From positions 7,366-71,365 of the forward strand of contig DASRQZ010000072.1 in assembly GCA_035696125.1 (NCBI GenBank): a stretch of DNA of 64,000 nt, in the 5' to 3' direction. A program made the position numbers and the translations under genes. Source of the stretch: Polyangia bacterium. GTDB taxonomy: Bacteria > Myxococcota_A > Polyangia > Fen-1088. The stretch's first letter is position 1. Every line of letters starts with the position of its first letter. Under the pieces are notes generated by a model, which was given only the letters and a program-made list of their open reading frames with translations, made no database searches and was not told the origin of the DNA. Positions 42,385 through 51,332 of this stretch are shown piece by piece.

Positions 42385-45078
42385 TCACTCGGACGGTTCG
42401 CCTTCCAGCGCGAACGATTGCTTGAACTTCTGGCCGGCGCGCACGGTGATCGTCTCGGTGTGGTCGATCTGAAGATCGGGACGCTTGAATCCCAGCTTGT
42501 GCTTACCACACGGCACGCGGTAGTCGGCGAAGGGGGTGTGCTTGGTCGTGTTGCGCCCGTCGATCCAGACCTCGGACCAGGGGCGCGATCCGATGGTGAT
42601 GCTGCAGTCCCCGCCCTCGGCGTTCTCGCCCCTGGCCGAGTCGGCGCTCTCTTCGTCCTCGCCGGGCGCGGGCTCGCGCACCTTCTTGCGGCGCCTGGCG
42701 ACATCGCTGGCCGGCGCCTCGGTGGCGCCGGAGCTGGTCGTCGCGCTGGCGACGCGCGGCCGCGGCGGCATGACCCGCGCGATGGTGGTCTCCGCGCGGG
42801 GCTCTGGCCTGGGCTCGGTTTTCGACTCGGCGCGCGGTGGCGACGGCTTGGCGGCCTCGACCACGGCCGCCGCCGGCACCAGCGTGGCGTGCACCTTTTG
42901 AATGGCGCCCGCCTCGAGATCGATCTCCTGCCGCCAGGGCTTGAATCGGTTCTCACCCTTGATCTCCAGCACGTGATGGCCGGCGGGGATGCGATAGGCG
43001 CGGAAGTCGGTGCGCGCCTGCTCGCCGGTGGGTCCCTTGATCGGCACGCCGTCGAACCACACCAGCCCGCCGGGCGGCTCGCTGGTCAGCTCGAAGCCGG
43101 CGTCGGGCGACGCCTCCAGCGCCACCGCCAGGCGCGCCTGCTGGCCGGCGCGCAGCTCGACGTTCTGGTCATTGCGCAGGAACCCCTCGCGGGTGATCGA
43201 TACCATGTAGGTCCCGGGCGGGCGCTCGAAGGTGACCGGCGAGTGGTCGCTGATCTTGACGTTGTCGACCAGCACCGTGGCGTCCGCGGGCGTGACGGTC
43301 AGCTGCAAGCTGCCCGGGCGGTTGATCGACCACCAGTACCACAGGCCGCTGCCACCCACGACCAGCACCGCGGCGACGACCAGCGCGGCGTAAAGGCCGG
43401 CGCGCGAAGGGGGCAACGGCCGCTGCGCCTCGCCGAGCGGCGCGGCGATCCCCGACGACAGCGCGGGAGGACCGGGCGGCGTGAACCCACCGGGTGGCGA
43501 CACGGCCTGCCCCGGCTGGTAGGGAGGTGGCAGCGAGAACCGCTGCGACGACGCGCGCGCCGCGGCGCCGCCATAAAGCGGCGCGCTCCCGGCGCCGACC
43601 GGCGGGTTATGGGCAGGAATGCCGACCAGCGTCGACTTGGGCAACGCCGGCGCACGCCCCGGAGCGGTGGGCCGCGTGGCGCGCGCGGTGTGCCCGGCCG
43701 CCGAAGCCGAGACCCCGGGCAGCGTCGCCTTGCCGGAGCGCGCGGGATCGGCGACCGGCAGCGGCGTCACCAGGTGCTCCGGCGCGGTCGCGGCGCGCAG
43801 CATGTCGGGCGCCGGTTCGCTGGCCACCGTCCGATCGCCGTCCTCCTCGAAGAACAGCTCGGCCGAATCGGTGGCCGACTTGGAGGGCGGTGACGTGCTC
43901 TCCTTGTCGAAGATCTGGGTGTCCAGCTCTTCGTCGTCCCAGCCCATGTCGATGCCGGCGGGGACGATGTCCCTGAGCCCGGCGCCGGCACCTGATGGCG
44001 AGGCCGACGCCGACGCCGGCTGCCGCGCCGGCGCAGGCGCAGGCGCCGCCGCGACGCCGACCGCGGCGCGCTTGGGTGGGGCGGCCTCGGCCTGCGCCGC
44101 CGCTGGAGCCGAGATCTGGCGGAACAGCTCCAGCTTGGCGTTGTCCTCTTCTATCTCGATGGCGAAGTTCTTCTTCATCCAGGCCGCGAGATCCTTGCGC
44201 GAGTAGATCTCGCCCACCGAATAGAGAAACGCCTGCAGGTCGTCGTGCAGGTCGATGGCGTTCTGGTAGCGGTCCTCGGGATCCTTGGCCAGCGCCTTCA
44301 TCGCGATGCGCTCGAGCTCGGGGGGAATCTTGCGGTTGTAGGACGAGGGCGGGAGGATCTCGACGTTGCGCACCTTCTCCAGCGTCGAGAAATCGCTCTC
44401 ACCCACGAACAGGCGCTCGCTGGTCAGAAGCTCGTACAGAACGATGCCGACGGCGAAGACGTCGCTGCGCCGGTCGATGGGCAGCCCGCGTACCTGCTCG
44501 GGTGACATGTACCCGAACTTGCCCTTCAGGATGCCGGCCTGGGTCTTCGACGCCTTGCCGGCCGCCTTGGCGATGCCGAAGTCGATCAGCTTGATCTCGC
44601 CCTCGTAGCCGATGAGCACGTTCTGCGGCGAGATGTCGCGGTGGATGAGGTGCAGCTCGCGCCCCTGACCGTCGCGTTTGTTGTGGGCATAGTCGAGCCC
44701 CTCGCAGACCTGCATGACGATATAGGCCGACTGTGAGATCGGCATCACCTCGCCGCGCTGCCGCGTGCGATCGAAGATCGCGCGCAGGTCCTTGCCGTTG
44801 ACGAATTCGAGCGCGATGAAGAAGCTGTCCTCGACTTTTCCGAGATCGAAGACCTGGGCGATGTTGGCGTGCTGCAGCTGAACGGACAGCTTCGCCTCGT
44901 CGATGAACATCGCGATGAACTCTTCGTCCTCCGCGATGTTGGGCAGGATGCGCTTGACCGCGAGCAGGCGCTCGAATCCTTCGACGCCAAACGCCTTGGC
45001 TTTGAATACCTCCGCCATCCCCCCGACGTTGATCCGCTCCAGGAGGTAGTACTTGCCGAAGGGAATGGGCTTTTTCAG
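42385..45078 (-). CDS. Membrane-spanning Ser/Thr protein kinase with extracytoplasmic PEGA domains; probable non-AUG (CUG) initiation
   Basis: Hanks kinase subdomains (VAVKRIL, HRDISPQNVLI, DFGIAKA, GYMSPEQ). Pro/Ala linker. TM LYAALVVAAVLVVGGSGLWYWW. Two or three PEGA-like beta-sandwich modules. The first ATG (45018) falls inside the Gly-loop (...LLERINVGGMAEVFKA). The upstream in-frame sequence KKPIPFGKYYLLERINVGG continues to a stop at 45136 with no ATG, GTG or TTG. The only NTG is CTG at 45076-78, which would give (M)KKPIPFGKYY.... Confidence 0.8.
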   Translation of the reverse strand: MKKPIPFGKYYLLERINVGGMAEVFKAKAFGVEGFERLLAVKRILPNIAEDEEFIAMFIDEAKLSVQLQHANIAQVFDLGKVEDSFFIALEFVNGKDLRAIFDRTRQRGEVMPISQSAYIVMQVCEGLDYAHNKRDGQGRELHLIHRDISPQNVLIGYEGEIKLIDFGIAKAAGKASKTQAGILKGKFGYMSPEQVRGLPIDRRSDVFAVGIVLYELLTSERLFVGESDFSTLEKVRNVEILPPSSYNRKIPPELERIAMKALAKDPEDRYQNAIDLHDDLQAFLYSVGEIYSRKDLAAWMKKNFAIEIEEDNAKLELFRQISAPAAAQAEAAPPKRAAVGVAAAPAPAPARQPASASASPSGAGAGLRDIVPAGIDMGWDDEELDTQIFDKESTSPPSKSATDSAELFFEEDGDRTVASEPAPDMLRAATAPEHLVTPLPVADPARSGKATLPGVSASAAGHTARATRPTAPGRAPALPKSTLVGIPAHNPPVGAGSAPLYGGAAARASSQRFSLPPPYQPGQAVSPPGGFTPPGPPALSSGIAAPLGEAQRPLPPSRAGLYAALVVAAVLVVGGSGLWYWWSINRPGSLQLTVTPADATVLVDNVKISDHSPVTFERPPGTYMVSITREGFLRNDQNVELRAGQQARLAVALEASPDAGFELTSEPPGGLVWFDGVPIKGPTGEQARTDFRAYRIPAGHHVLEIKGENRFKPWRQEIDLEAGAIQKVHATLVPAAAVVEAAKPSPPRAESKTEPRPEPRAETTIARVMPPRPRVASATTSSGATEAPASDVARRRKKVREPAPGEDEESADSARGENAEGGDCSITIGSRPWSEVWIDGRNTTKHTPFADYRVPCGKHKLGFKRPDLQIDHTETITVRAGQKFKQSFALEGEPSE

Positions 45079-45209
45079 TGCGATGCGACCCTCTTTTTCA
45101 GTCCCCTCAGTGCCGAAGCCGAGGAGGAAGCCGTTCTATTTATCGGGCGAGGTACGGCGCAATGTCAAATGGATTATCCGCGCTGTAGGGAATTGAACGC
45201 CATGGCGGA

Positions 45210-45956
45210 TCAGCTGATTTTCTCTGGCGTTTTTTCCGTGACTGCCGCGGCCGCGCGCTTGCCTTTTCGCGTCTCGTCATCCAGGAACGCCAGGGTGGCG
45301 CCGGCGGCGGCGCAGGGGGGTGCGACCACGAACGCGAACGGCACCAGATACAGAATGGTACTCCCGATCCCGTAGCCGATGGTGAGCCCGGGGTGGCGAG
45401 CGAGGTATGCCCACTTGGCGCCAAAGCCCATGCCCCGGCGCGCGAGCGGGTAGTCGAACCCGTCGTAGGCCAGGAAGAGGGCGCCCAGACCGAGGCCAAC
45501 CGGAACCCCGATCCCCACCACGGCCGTCAGGGCCAGGCCGGCGACCAGCGCCACCAGGTAGAGCAAGAGCTTGAGCAGCCCATGCACCACCGCCATGCCG
45601 GTGGAGGCAAAGAACGGAACCTTGGGGACGCTGCCGCGCTCGAGGATCTCGACCTTTTCGGACAGCCGGTCGTTGAAGATGGCGCCCAGCACCGGCTGCA
45701 GCGCCACGAACAACACGATCCCTCCCAGGGTGGTGGTGACGACCAGGAACAGCCCGCCCAGCACCGGCGAGTGGTCCAGGTGCTGGGACAGCTCCTGGCG
45801 CCAGTAGACCGAGGCCGCCCACAGCGCGCCGACCGCGAGCCCCAGATTCAGCATCAGCGGCACCAGCAGGAAGCGCCAGAGCCGCCGCCGCGCCATGTAG
45901 ACCGCCCCGCGAAAGGGTGCCAGGAATCCGTTGACCAGGCCGCGATGGGGGCTCAC
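45210..45956 (-). CDS. EI24/CysZ-like (DUF540) integral membrane protein
   Basis: 248 aa with 4-5 TM helices and the EI24-family hydrophobic pattern (LGGLFLVVTTTLGGIVLFVAL...LAYDGFDYPLARRG). Confidence 0.7.
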   Translation of the reverse strand: MSPHRGLVNGFLAPFRGAVYMARRRLWRFLLVPLMLNLGLAVGALWAASVYWRQELSQHLDHSPVLGGLFLVVTTTLGGIVLFVALQPVLGAIFNDRLSEKVEILERGSVPKVPFFASTGMAVVHGLLKLLLYLVALVAGLALTAVVGIGVPVGLGLGALFLAYDGFDYPLARRGMGFGAKWAYLARHPGLTIGYGIGSTILYLVPFAFVVAPPCAAAGATLAFLDDETRKGKRAAAAVTEKTPEKIS

Positions 45957-46032
45957 CGGGAGATTCTACAATGGCGCAACCGGCGGCGCGCTCCGGCCGA
46001 TACCTACGTGCTATGGTCGGACCAGCCCAGCG

Positions 46033-46428
46033 ATGAAAGTCACCGGACCAGGTACGGGGCCGGGGGGGACCCCGCCGTCACCCGAGACGACCGCCGGCAC
46101 CGACGGTGCCGGACCTGCAGGCGGCTCCCAGGAATCGGGGCGGGTGTTCGCGGAGAAGCTGGCGGGCGTGGGAGCGGCGGCGAGGGAACAAGCCGCGGCC
46201 GGCACGCAGGCGGCCGTCTCGATAGTCAGCCCTGAGATCGCCGCCGATCTGGCCGCGGGCCGCCTCGTGCCTCGCGCCGCTGTCGAGCAGGTGATCGAGC
46301 AGGTCCTGTCGCGTCAGCTCGGCGCCGACGCCCCGACCGCCGTGCGCGAGAAGGTACGCGCCGCGCTGGAGGACGCCCTGGAAAACGACCCCCTGCTCGC
46401 CGACAAGCTGCGGCGATTGGGTGGGTAG
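46033..46428 (+). CDS. Hypothetical small protein
   Basis: 131 aa from MKVTGPG. Gly/Pro/Thr-rich N-terminus, then a helical C-terminus. Weak. Confidence 0.35.
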   Translation: MKVTGPGTGPGGTPPSPETTAGTDGAGPAGGSQESGRVFAEKLAGVGAAAREQAAAGTQAAVSIVSPEIAADLAAGRLVPRAAVEQVIEQVLSRQLGADAPTAVREKVRAALEDALENDPLLADKLRRLGG

Positions 46429-46503
46429 GGCTCTGCAGGCACTCGTAACTTCTCTCAACTTACCCGAGGCCCGAGGTCCGAGGCCCTTAACCGAACGCCG
46501 CTC

Positions 46504-46797
46504 TCAGGCGCCCGCGGTCGCTTCCGGTAGCGCGCTGGCGCGCTTGGCTTGCAGCGCTTCGCGGATCTTGGGCGGCAGGAAGATCTGGTCGGTGTCGAAG
46601 CCGGACAGCGCCTCGAGCAGCATCACGGCGCGGTCGGCGGCCGGGGTGCGGCGGTCCATCATCACCACCCATTCGCCCTTGAGCTTGCACAGGCCGCCAG
46701 CTCCGGCGGTGTCGCCGGTCATGACTTCGTAGCGAACCCTCACTCCTACCTGAGCGGCGACCTGTTCCAGCGCTTCGGTCATCTGTTCGGGTTTCAT
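46504..46797 (-). CDS. Hypothetical small protein
   Basis: 97 aa with balanced composition (MKPEQMTEALEQVAAQVGVRVRYEVMTGDTAG...). Immediately upstream of the PAS protein gene, which ends 14 bp downstream. Confidence 0.5.
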   Translation of the reverse strand: MKPEQMTEALEQVAAQVGVRVRYEVMTGDTAGAGGLCKLKGEWVVMMDRRTPAADRAVMLLEALSGFDTDQIFLPPKIREALQAKRASALPEATAGA

Positions 46798-46810
46798 GTA
46801 AGTATCTCTT

Positions 46811-48415
46811 TTACCCGGTTCCCGGCCACTCGGGAAGCTTTCCCGCCACGTCGGCCTCGGCCTCGGCGTCGGTCTCCTTGGCCGAACGATCCAGATCGAT
46901 GATCTGGGCGCCGCCCACGTAGGACTTGGTCTCGTAGCGGGTCAGGCTGCCCAGCTGGCGCACGATGGCCGCCATGCGTTCGGCCTCGTTGAGGATGGTC
47001 TCGACGATGCGGATGTGCGGGTCCTTGGGACCCAGCTTGCGCACCAGCATCTGGGCGTAGCCCATGACCGAGGTCAGCGGCTGGTTCAGCTCGTGGGCGG
47101 CCGCGCCGGCCAGCTCGATGGCCACCGTCTGCTTCTCGGTCACGGCCAGCCGCTCCTGCGCCGATGCCAGCCGCTCTTCCATGCGCAGGCGCTCGCGCAG
47201 ATCGGAGAAGATCCCCACCGTGGCTATCTCACGCCCGGAATCGTCGAAGACCAGCGCCGCCGAGATCGACACCGGCACCAGCTCGCCGGTGGCGGTGATG
47301 AGGTCGCGGCGCACCGGTTCCAGTCGGCCGCCGCCGCCGTGCTCGGCCGAGCGGATGAGGCGCATCACCTCCTGCGCGACCCCCGGCGCGTACAGATCCT
47401 TGACCGACATGCGGCCGATGGCGTCGGCGGCGCGATAGCCGCAGATGCGCTCTGCACCCTGGTTGAACAGCAAGATGTTGCCACGCAGGTCGGCGGCGAT
47501 GATGCCGTCGACGGCCGAGTTGAGGATGCGCTCCAGGAACTCGCTGGTGCGGCGCAGCTCGTGCTCCAGCTCGCGCGCGATGGTGACGTCGCGAAAGGCG
47601 AAGATCGCCGCCTCCTGCTCGGACAGGATGCCGATCGACGCCACCGACACGATGATGAGGTCGCCCGAGGTGGTGATGATCTCGAGATCGAAGTTATCGA
47701 CCGGCTCGTTGCGGATCGAGCGGCGAATGGCGTCGGCCAGCTGCGTGCGGTGCTCGGCCGGGACGATCTGCGCCAGCGGCCGCCCGGCCAGACCGTCACG
47801 CGCGTAGCCGGTCACCTCCATGGCGGCGCGGTTGAGGTAGAGAACGCGCCCGGCCGCGTCCAGCACCAGGATCCCGTCGGAGGCGCTGTCGATGAAGGCG
47901 CGATAGCGCTCGATGGCCCGCACCTGGCGCTCCTGCTGGAAGTCGGACAGCGTGATCTGGCGCGTCCGCTCGCGGATCGGATCCAGCGCGCGCGCGCCGC
48001 GCATCACCATGCCGATGATCGCGGCGCTCAGCTTGCCGGCGCGCACGGTGGCGGCGGGGATGCGGCTCACCGGCAGGCTGGGGAAGCGGACCAGCAGCGC
48101 ACCCACCGGTTTGCGCCCCACGATCATCGGGAACACCACGGTGGTCTCGGCGGCCAGCGGGGTCGCGAAGCCACCTCCGGTGGACGTCATCTCGCCCGTC
48201 TCGAGCGCGCCGCGGATGTGTGGATACTGCGCCAGCGGCAGGCGCACGCGTCCGGTCTCGGTCTCGTCGCTGTCGGCCACGATATAGACGCTGTCCACAT
48301 CGGGCACCACGGCCAGGATGGTCACCGACGAGGCCTCCAGCGCGTGCGCGACGTGCTCGGCGACCGCGTGCAGCTGCACGGCGCCGGTGCCGATGGCCAG
48401 CACCTGGGCCACCTT
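46811..48415 (-). CDS. GAF/PAS-PAS-HisKA signalling protein lacking a HATPase_c domain
   Basis: Two PAS modules (DGILVLDAAGRVLYLNRAAMEVTGY...; DGIIAADLRGNILLFNQGAERICGY...). H-box AAHELNQPLTSVMGYAQML. The protein ends ~60 aa later with no N/G1/F/G2 boxes. Start uncertain: the listed ORF overlaps larC by 170 bp, so a GTG/CTG start near 48415 is assumed. Confidence 0.75.
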   Translation of the reverse strand, partial: KVAQVLAIGTGAVQLHAVAEHVAHALEASSVTILAVVPDVDSVYIVADSDETETGRVRLPLAQYPHIRGALETGEMTSTGGGFATPLAAETTVVFPMIVGRKPVGALLVRFPSLPVSRIPAATVRAGKLSAAIIGMVMRGARALDPIRERTRQITLSDFQQERQVRAIERYRAFIDSASDGILVLDAAGRVLYLNRAAMEVTGYARDGLAGRPLAQIVPAEHRTQLADAIRRSIRNEPVDNFDLEIITTSGDLIIVSVASIGILSEQEAAIFAFRDVTIARELEHELRRTSEFLERILNSAVDGIIAADLRGNILLFNQGAERICGYRAADAIGRMSVKDLYAPGVAQEVMRLIRSAEHGGGGRLEPVRRDLITATGELVPVSISAALVFDDSGREIATVGIFSDLRERLRMEERLASAQERLAVTEKQTVAIELAGAAAHELNQPLTSVMGYAQMLVRKLGPKDPHIRIVETILNEAERMAAIVRQLGSLTRYETKSYVGGAQIIDLDRSAKETDAEAEADVAGKLPEWPGTG

Positions 48416-48456
48416 GGCCAGGTCCTCGTCGATCCGCTGCTGGGCGTCCTCGGGGG

Positions 48457-49911
48457 TCAAGGCCGGCTCCGCGTTCCGGCGCGGCGCGCGCGCTTGCCCG
48501 CCACCGGCGCGGGTCGCGCTGGCCTCGTCGCCGGCGCCGGCGGCGGCAGCAGCGCCCGGCCGGCCGCGGCGGCGGCGCTCATCACCTCGCGCACCGCGAC
48601 GCCGGCCGCGGCCGCGCGACGCCGGCAATCCTCGAACTCGGGCTGCGCGCCGATCACCAGGCCGGCGGCGGCACCGACCTTGACCCGCACCGAGCCATAA
48701 GGCGTCTCGACCTCGACCAGCGAGCGCGCCAGCACCGTGCGGTCAGCCGGATGACGCCGCACCCCGATGGTGGTCGAGTGGCGGAAGAATGCGCGCTCGA
48801 CCTCGGCGAGAGCGAGCGGCGGCGCCAGCGCCGAGACGGTGACCGCGGGCCGCCCCTTCTTCATGAGGATCGGCGCCGACCAGACGTCGACCGCCCCCGC
48901 CGCCAGGATCGCCTCGAAGAGCGGCGCTACCAGCTCGGGGCTCATGTCGTCGATGTTGGCCTCCAGCACCATCACCGACGACGCCGGCGCCACCTCGGCG
49001 CGCCCCAGCGGCTGGCCGACCAGCACGCGCAGGAGGTTGGGCCGATCGAGCAGCGCGCGCGTGCCGGCGCCGTAGCCGATCGCGCCGACGCGCATCGGCG
49101 GCGGCGCGCCGAAGTCGTCGACGGTTGCGGCCAGGATCGCGGCCCCGGTCGGGGTGGTCAGCTCACCCGCCCCGTCGAACCGGACCGGGATGCCGCGCAG
49201 CAGCTCCGCGGTCGCCGGCGCGGGCACCATCACGCGGCCGTGCGCGGTCTGCGCCATCCCGCTGCCCACCACCGGCGGCGACGATCCGATCGACGCGGGG
49301 GCGAGCCAGGCGATGGCCGCGGCGGCGCCGACGACGTCGGCGATCGAGTCGAAGGCGCCGACCTCGTGGAAGGTCACCCGCGCGAGCGGCACACCGTGGA
49401 GCTGGGCCTCCACCTTGGCGAGGCGAGCGAAGATCTCGGAGGCGAGGGCGCGGGTGTCGGGGTCGAGTGGGGCGCGCTTGAGGAGACGCCGGATGTCGGC
49501 GTAGTCGCGGTGTTCGTGTTCGTGTTCGTGGGCGTGTTCGTGTTCGGACCCGTGTTCGTGTTCGTGTTCGTGTTCGTGATCGTGTTCGTCCCCGTGATCG
49601 TGACCGTGCACGTGCACGTGCACACCACCGTGGCCGTGGTCGTGGCCGTGGCCGTGGCCGCGAGCGGCGCTGCGCCTCTTCCGCCCGACCACCTTCACGA
49701 CGAAGCCCTTGCCCACGAAGGCCCCTTGCTTGCGGGTCTCGAATCGGGTGGTCAGGCCTTCGACGCCCAGGGCGGCGATGGCCTTGGTGACGACCGCGGG
49801 CGGCACGCCGGCATCGACCAGCGCGGCCACCGTCATGTCGCCGGCGATGCCGGACGTCGGCTCGAAGTGCAGGTGCTGACCGCGGAGCCCGGCGCCGTTC
49901 TCGCGAGTCAT
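48457..49911 (-). CDS. larC: LarC-family nickel-insertion protein (DUF111; pyridinium-3,5-bisthiocarboxylic acid mononucleotide nickel chelatase) with a His-rich insert
   Basis: DUF111 N-terminal motif (SGIAGDMTVAAL.DAGVP) and C-terminal domain (VLEANIDDMSPE...MKKGRPAVTVSAL). A 50-aa His-rich insert (HGHGHDHGHGGVHVHVHGHDHGDEHDHEHEHEHEHGSEHEHAHEHEHEH) is encoded by a (GTGTTC/GTGATC)n repeat at 49500-49640. Confidence 0.85.
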   Translation of the reverse strand: MTRENGAGLRGQHLHFEPTSGIAGDMTVAALVDAGVPPAVVTKAIAALGVEGLTTRFETRKQGAFVGKGFVVKVVGRKRRSAARGHGHGHDHGHGGVHVHVHGHDHGDEHDHEHEHEHEHGSEHEHAHEHEHEHRDYADIRRLLKRAPLDPDTRALASEIFARLAKVEAQLHGVPLARVTFHEVGAFDSIADVVGAAAAIAWLAPASIGSSPPVVGSGMAQTAHGRVMVPAPATAELLRGIPVRFDGAGELTTPTGAAILAATVDDFGAPPPMRVGAIGYGAGTRALLDRPNLLRVLVGQPLGRAEVAPASSVMVLEANIDDMSPELVAPLFEAILAAGAVDVWSAPILMKKGRPAVTVSALAPPLALAEVERAFFRHSTTIGVRRHPADRTVLARSLVEVETPYGSVRVKVGAAAGLVIGAQPEFEDCRRRAAAAGVAVREVMSAAAAAGRALLPPPAPATRPARPAPVAGKRARRAGTRSRP

Positions 49912-49918
49912 CGGCCGA

Positions 49919-50692
49919 TCACCGGTCGCGCTTCCGGTTGATCATCGCCGCCATCTGGCCGGCTCCGAAGCCGTTGTCGATGTTGACCACCGCGACGCCC
50001 GCGGCGCACGAGTTGAGCATCGACAGCAGCGCGGCGACGCCACCGAAGCTGGCGCCGTAACCGACGCTGGTCGGCACCGCGATCACCGGGCGCGCGAACA
50101 ACCCGCCCACCACGCTGGGCAGCGCCCCTTCCATTCCGGCCGCCACGATGATGACCTCGGCGCGCTCCAGCGTCTCGCGGTACACCATCAGGCGGTGCAG
50201 CCCGGCGACGCCGACGTCGAAGATGCGCTCGACCTGGTTGCCAGCCAGCTCGGCGGTCAGCGCCGCCTCCTCGGCGATCGGCACGTCGGCGGTGCCGGCG
50301 CTGAGCACCGCGATCAGCCCGCGCCCACGGTCGGCCGCCGGCATCGGGCCCACCACCACGGCGCGCGGCACCGGCAGGTAGCGGGCTTCGGGGACGGCCG
50401 CGAGCACCAGCGCCGCGGTCTCGGCGCTGACCCGAGACGCCATCACCGTGGATCCGCCGCGCCGGAGCTCGGTCAGGATGGCGGCGATTTGCTCGGGTGT
50501 CTTGCCCAGCCCCAGCACCACCTCCGGGAACCCGGTGCGCAGGTGACGATGGGTATCGGCGTGGGCAAAGCCCATCGCCGCGAAGCCGGCGTCGCGAAAC
50601 GGCAGCTCACGCAGCTCGTCCAGGGCCTGGTTGACCGGCAGCTTGCCACCCGCGACCGCCTGCAGGAGCGTCTTGAGCCGATCGGGATCCAT
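49919..50692 (-). CDS. larB: LarB-family protein (PurE-like; pyridinium-3,5-biscarboxylic acid mononucleotide synthase)
   Basis: PurE-like C-terminal half ([18 protein letters not shown]...[17 protein letters not shown]...AVPTSVGYG). LarB-type N-terminal extension. 8 bp upstream of larC. Confidence 0.85.
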   Translation of the reverse strand: MDPDRLKTLLQAVAGGKLPVNQALDELRELPFRDAGFAAMGFAHADTHRHLRTGFPEVVLGLGKTPEQIAAILTELRRGGSTVMASRVSAETAALVLAAVPEARYLPVPRAVVVGPMPAADRGRGLIAVLSAGTADVPIAEEAALTAELAGNQVERIFDVGVAGLHRLMVYRETLERAEVIIVAAGMEGALPSVVGGLFARPVIAVPTSVGYGASFGGVAALLSMLNSCAAGVAVVNIDNGFGAGQMAAMINRKRDR

Positions 50693-50777
50693 ACGCCGTC
50701 AGATTAGCATTCTGGTCGCGGACCGCGCACGCGCGCGCCGCGCGCACCGGCTGGAACCCCATGTTAAGCTGCGGCGC

Positions 50778-51296
50778 ATGGCCAATCCGATCGCGCTCCT
50801 CAGCACCTCCCTCGGTGACTTCAAGATAGAGCTCTTCACCGACAAGATGCCGATCTCCGCCGGTAACTTCATCAAGCTCGCCAAGGCTGGCTTCTATGAC
50901 GGGCTGCATTTCCACCGCGTCATCGACAAGTTCATGGTCCAATTCGGCTGCCCGCACAGCCGCGACCCCAACAGCGCCAAGGCTGGCACCGGCGATGGGC
51001 CCGACGGCCCGATCGCCGACGAGCACCCGCCGGACGCCAAGATCAGCAACACGCGCGGCACCCTGTCGATGGCCAACACCGGCCGGCCCAACAGCGGCAG
51101 CTGCCAGTTCTTCATCAACGTGGTGGACAACCCCTATCTCGACTGGTTCTCGCCCGGGAACTCGCGCCACCCGGTCTTCGCCAAGGTCATCGACGGCATG
51201 GACGTGGTCGACAAGATCTCCAAGGCGCCGCGCGACCAGCGCGACCGCCCCAAGACGCCGATCCAGATGGTGAAGGTGACCGTCTCGGGCGACTAG
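50778..51296 (+). CDS. ppiB: Cyclophilin-type peptidyl-prolyl cis-trans isomerase
   Basis: [31 protein letters not shown]. Typical 172-aa PpiB. Confidence 0.9.
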   Translation: MANPIALLSTSLGDFKIELFTDKMPISAGNFIKLAKAGFYDGLHFHRVIDKFMVQFGCPHSRDPNSAKAGTGDGPDGPIADEHPPDAKISNTRGTLSMANTGRPNSGSCQFFINVVDNPYLDWFSPGNSRHPVFAKVIDGMDVVDKISKAPRDQRDRPKTPIQMVKVTVSGD

Positions 51297-51332
51297 CACC
51301 GATCAGCTCGCTCGCCGCGCCGCGCCCGCCGC

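Noticed and set aside
45160-45240. T-run (GGCGTTTTTTCC) as a terminator for the kinase or EI24 genes
   Set aside because: It lies inside the EI24-like coding region, upstream of its stop at 45210 on the minus strand, and has no adjacent stable stem.
49500-49640. GT-rich hexamer repeats (gtgttcgtgttc...) as a possible CRISPR or non-coding array
   Set aside because: They lie inside the larC reading frame and encode the His-rich tract (HEHEHEH on the minus strand). There are no unique spacers, so this is a coding microsatellite and not a CRISPR.
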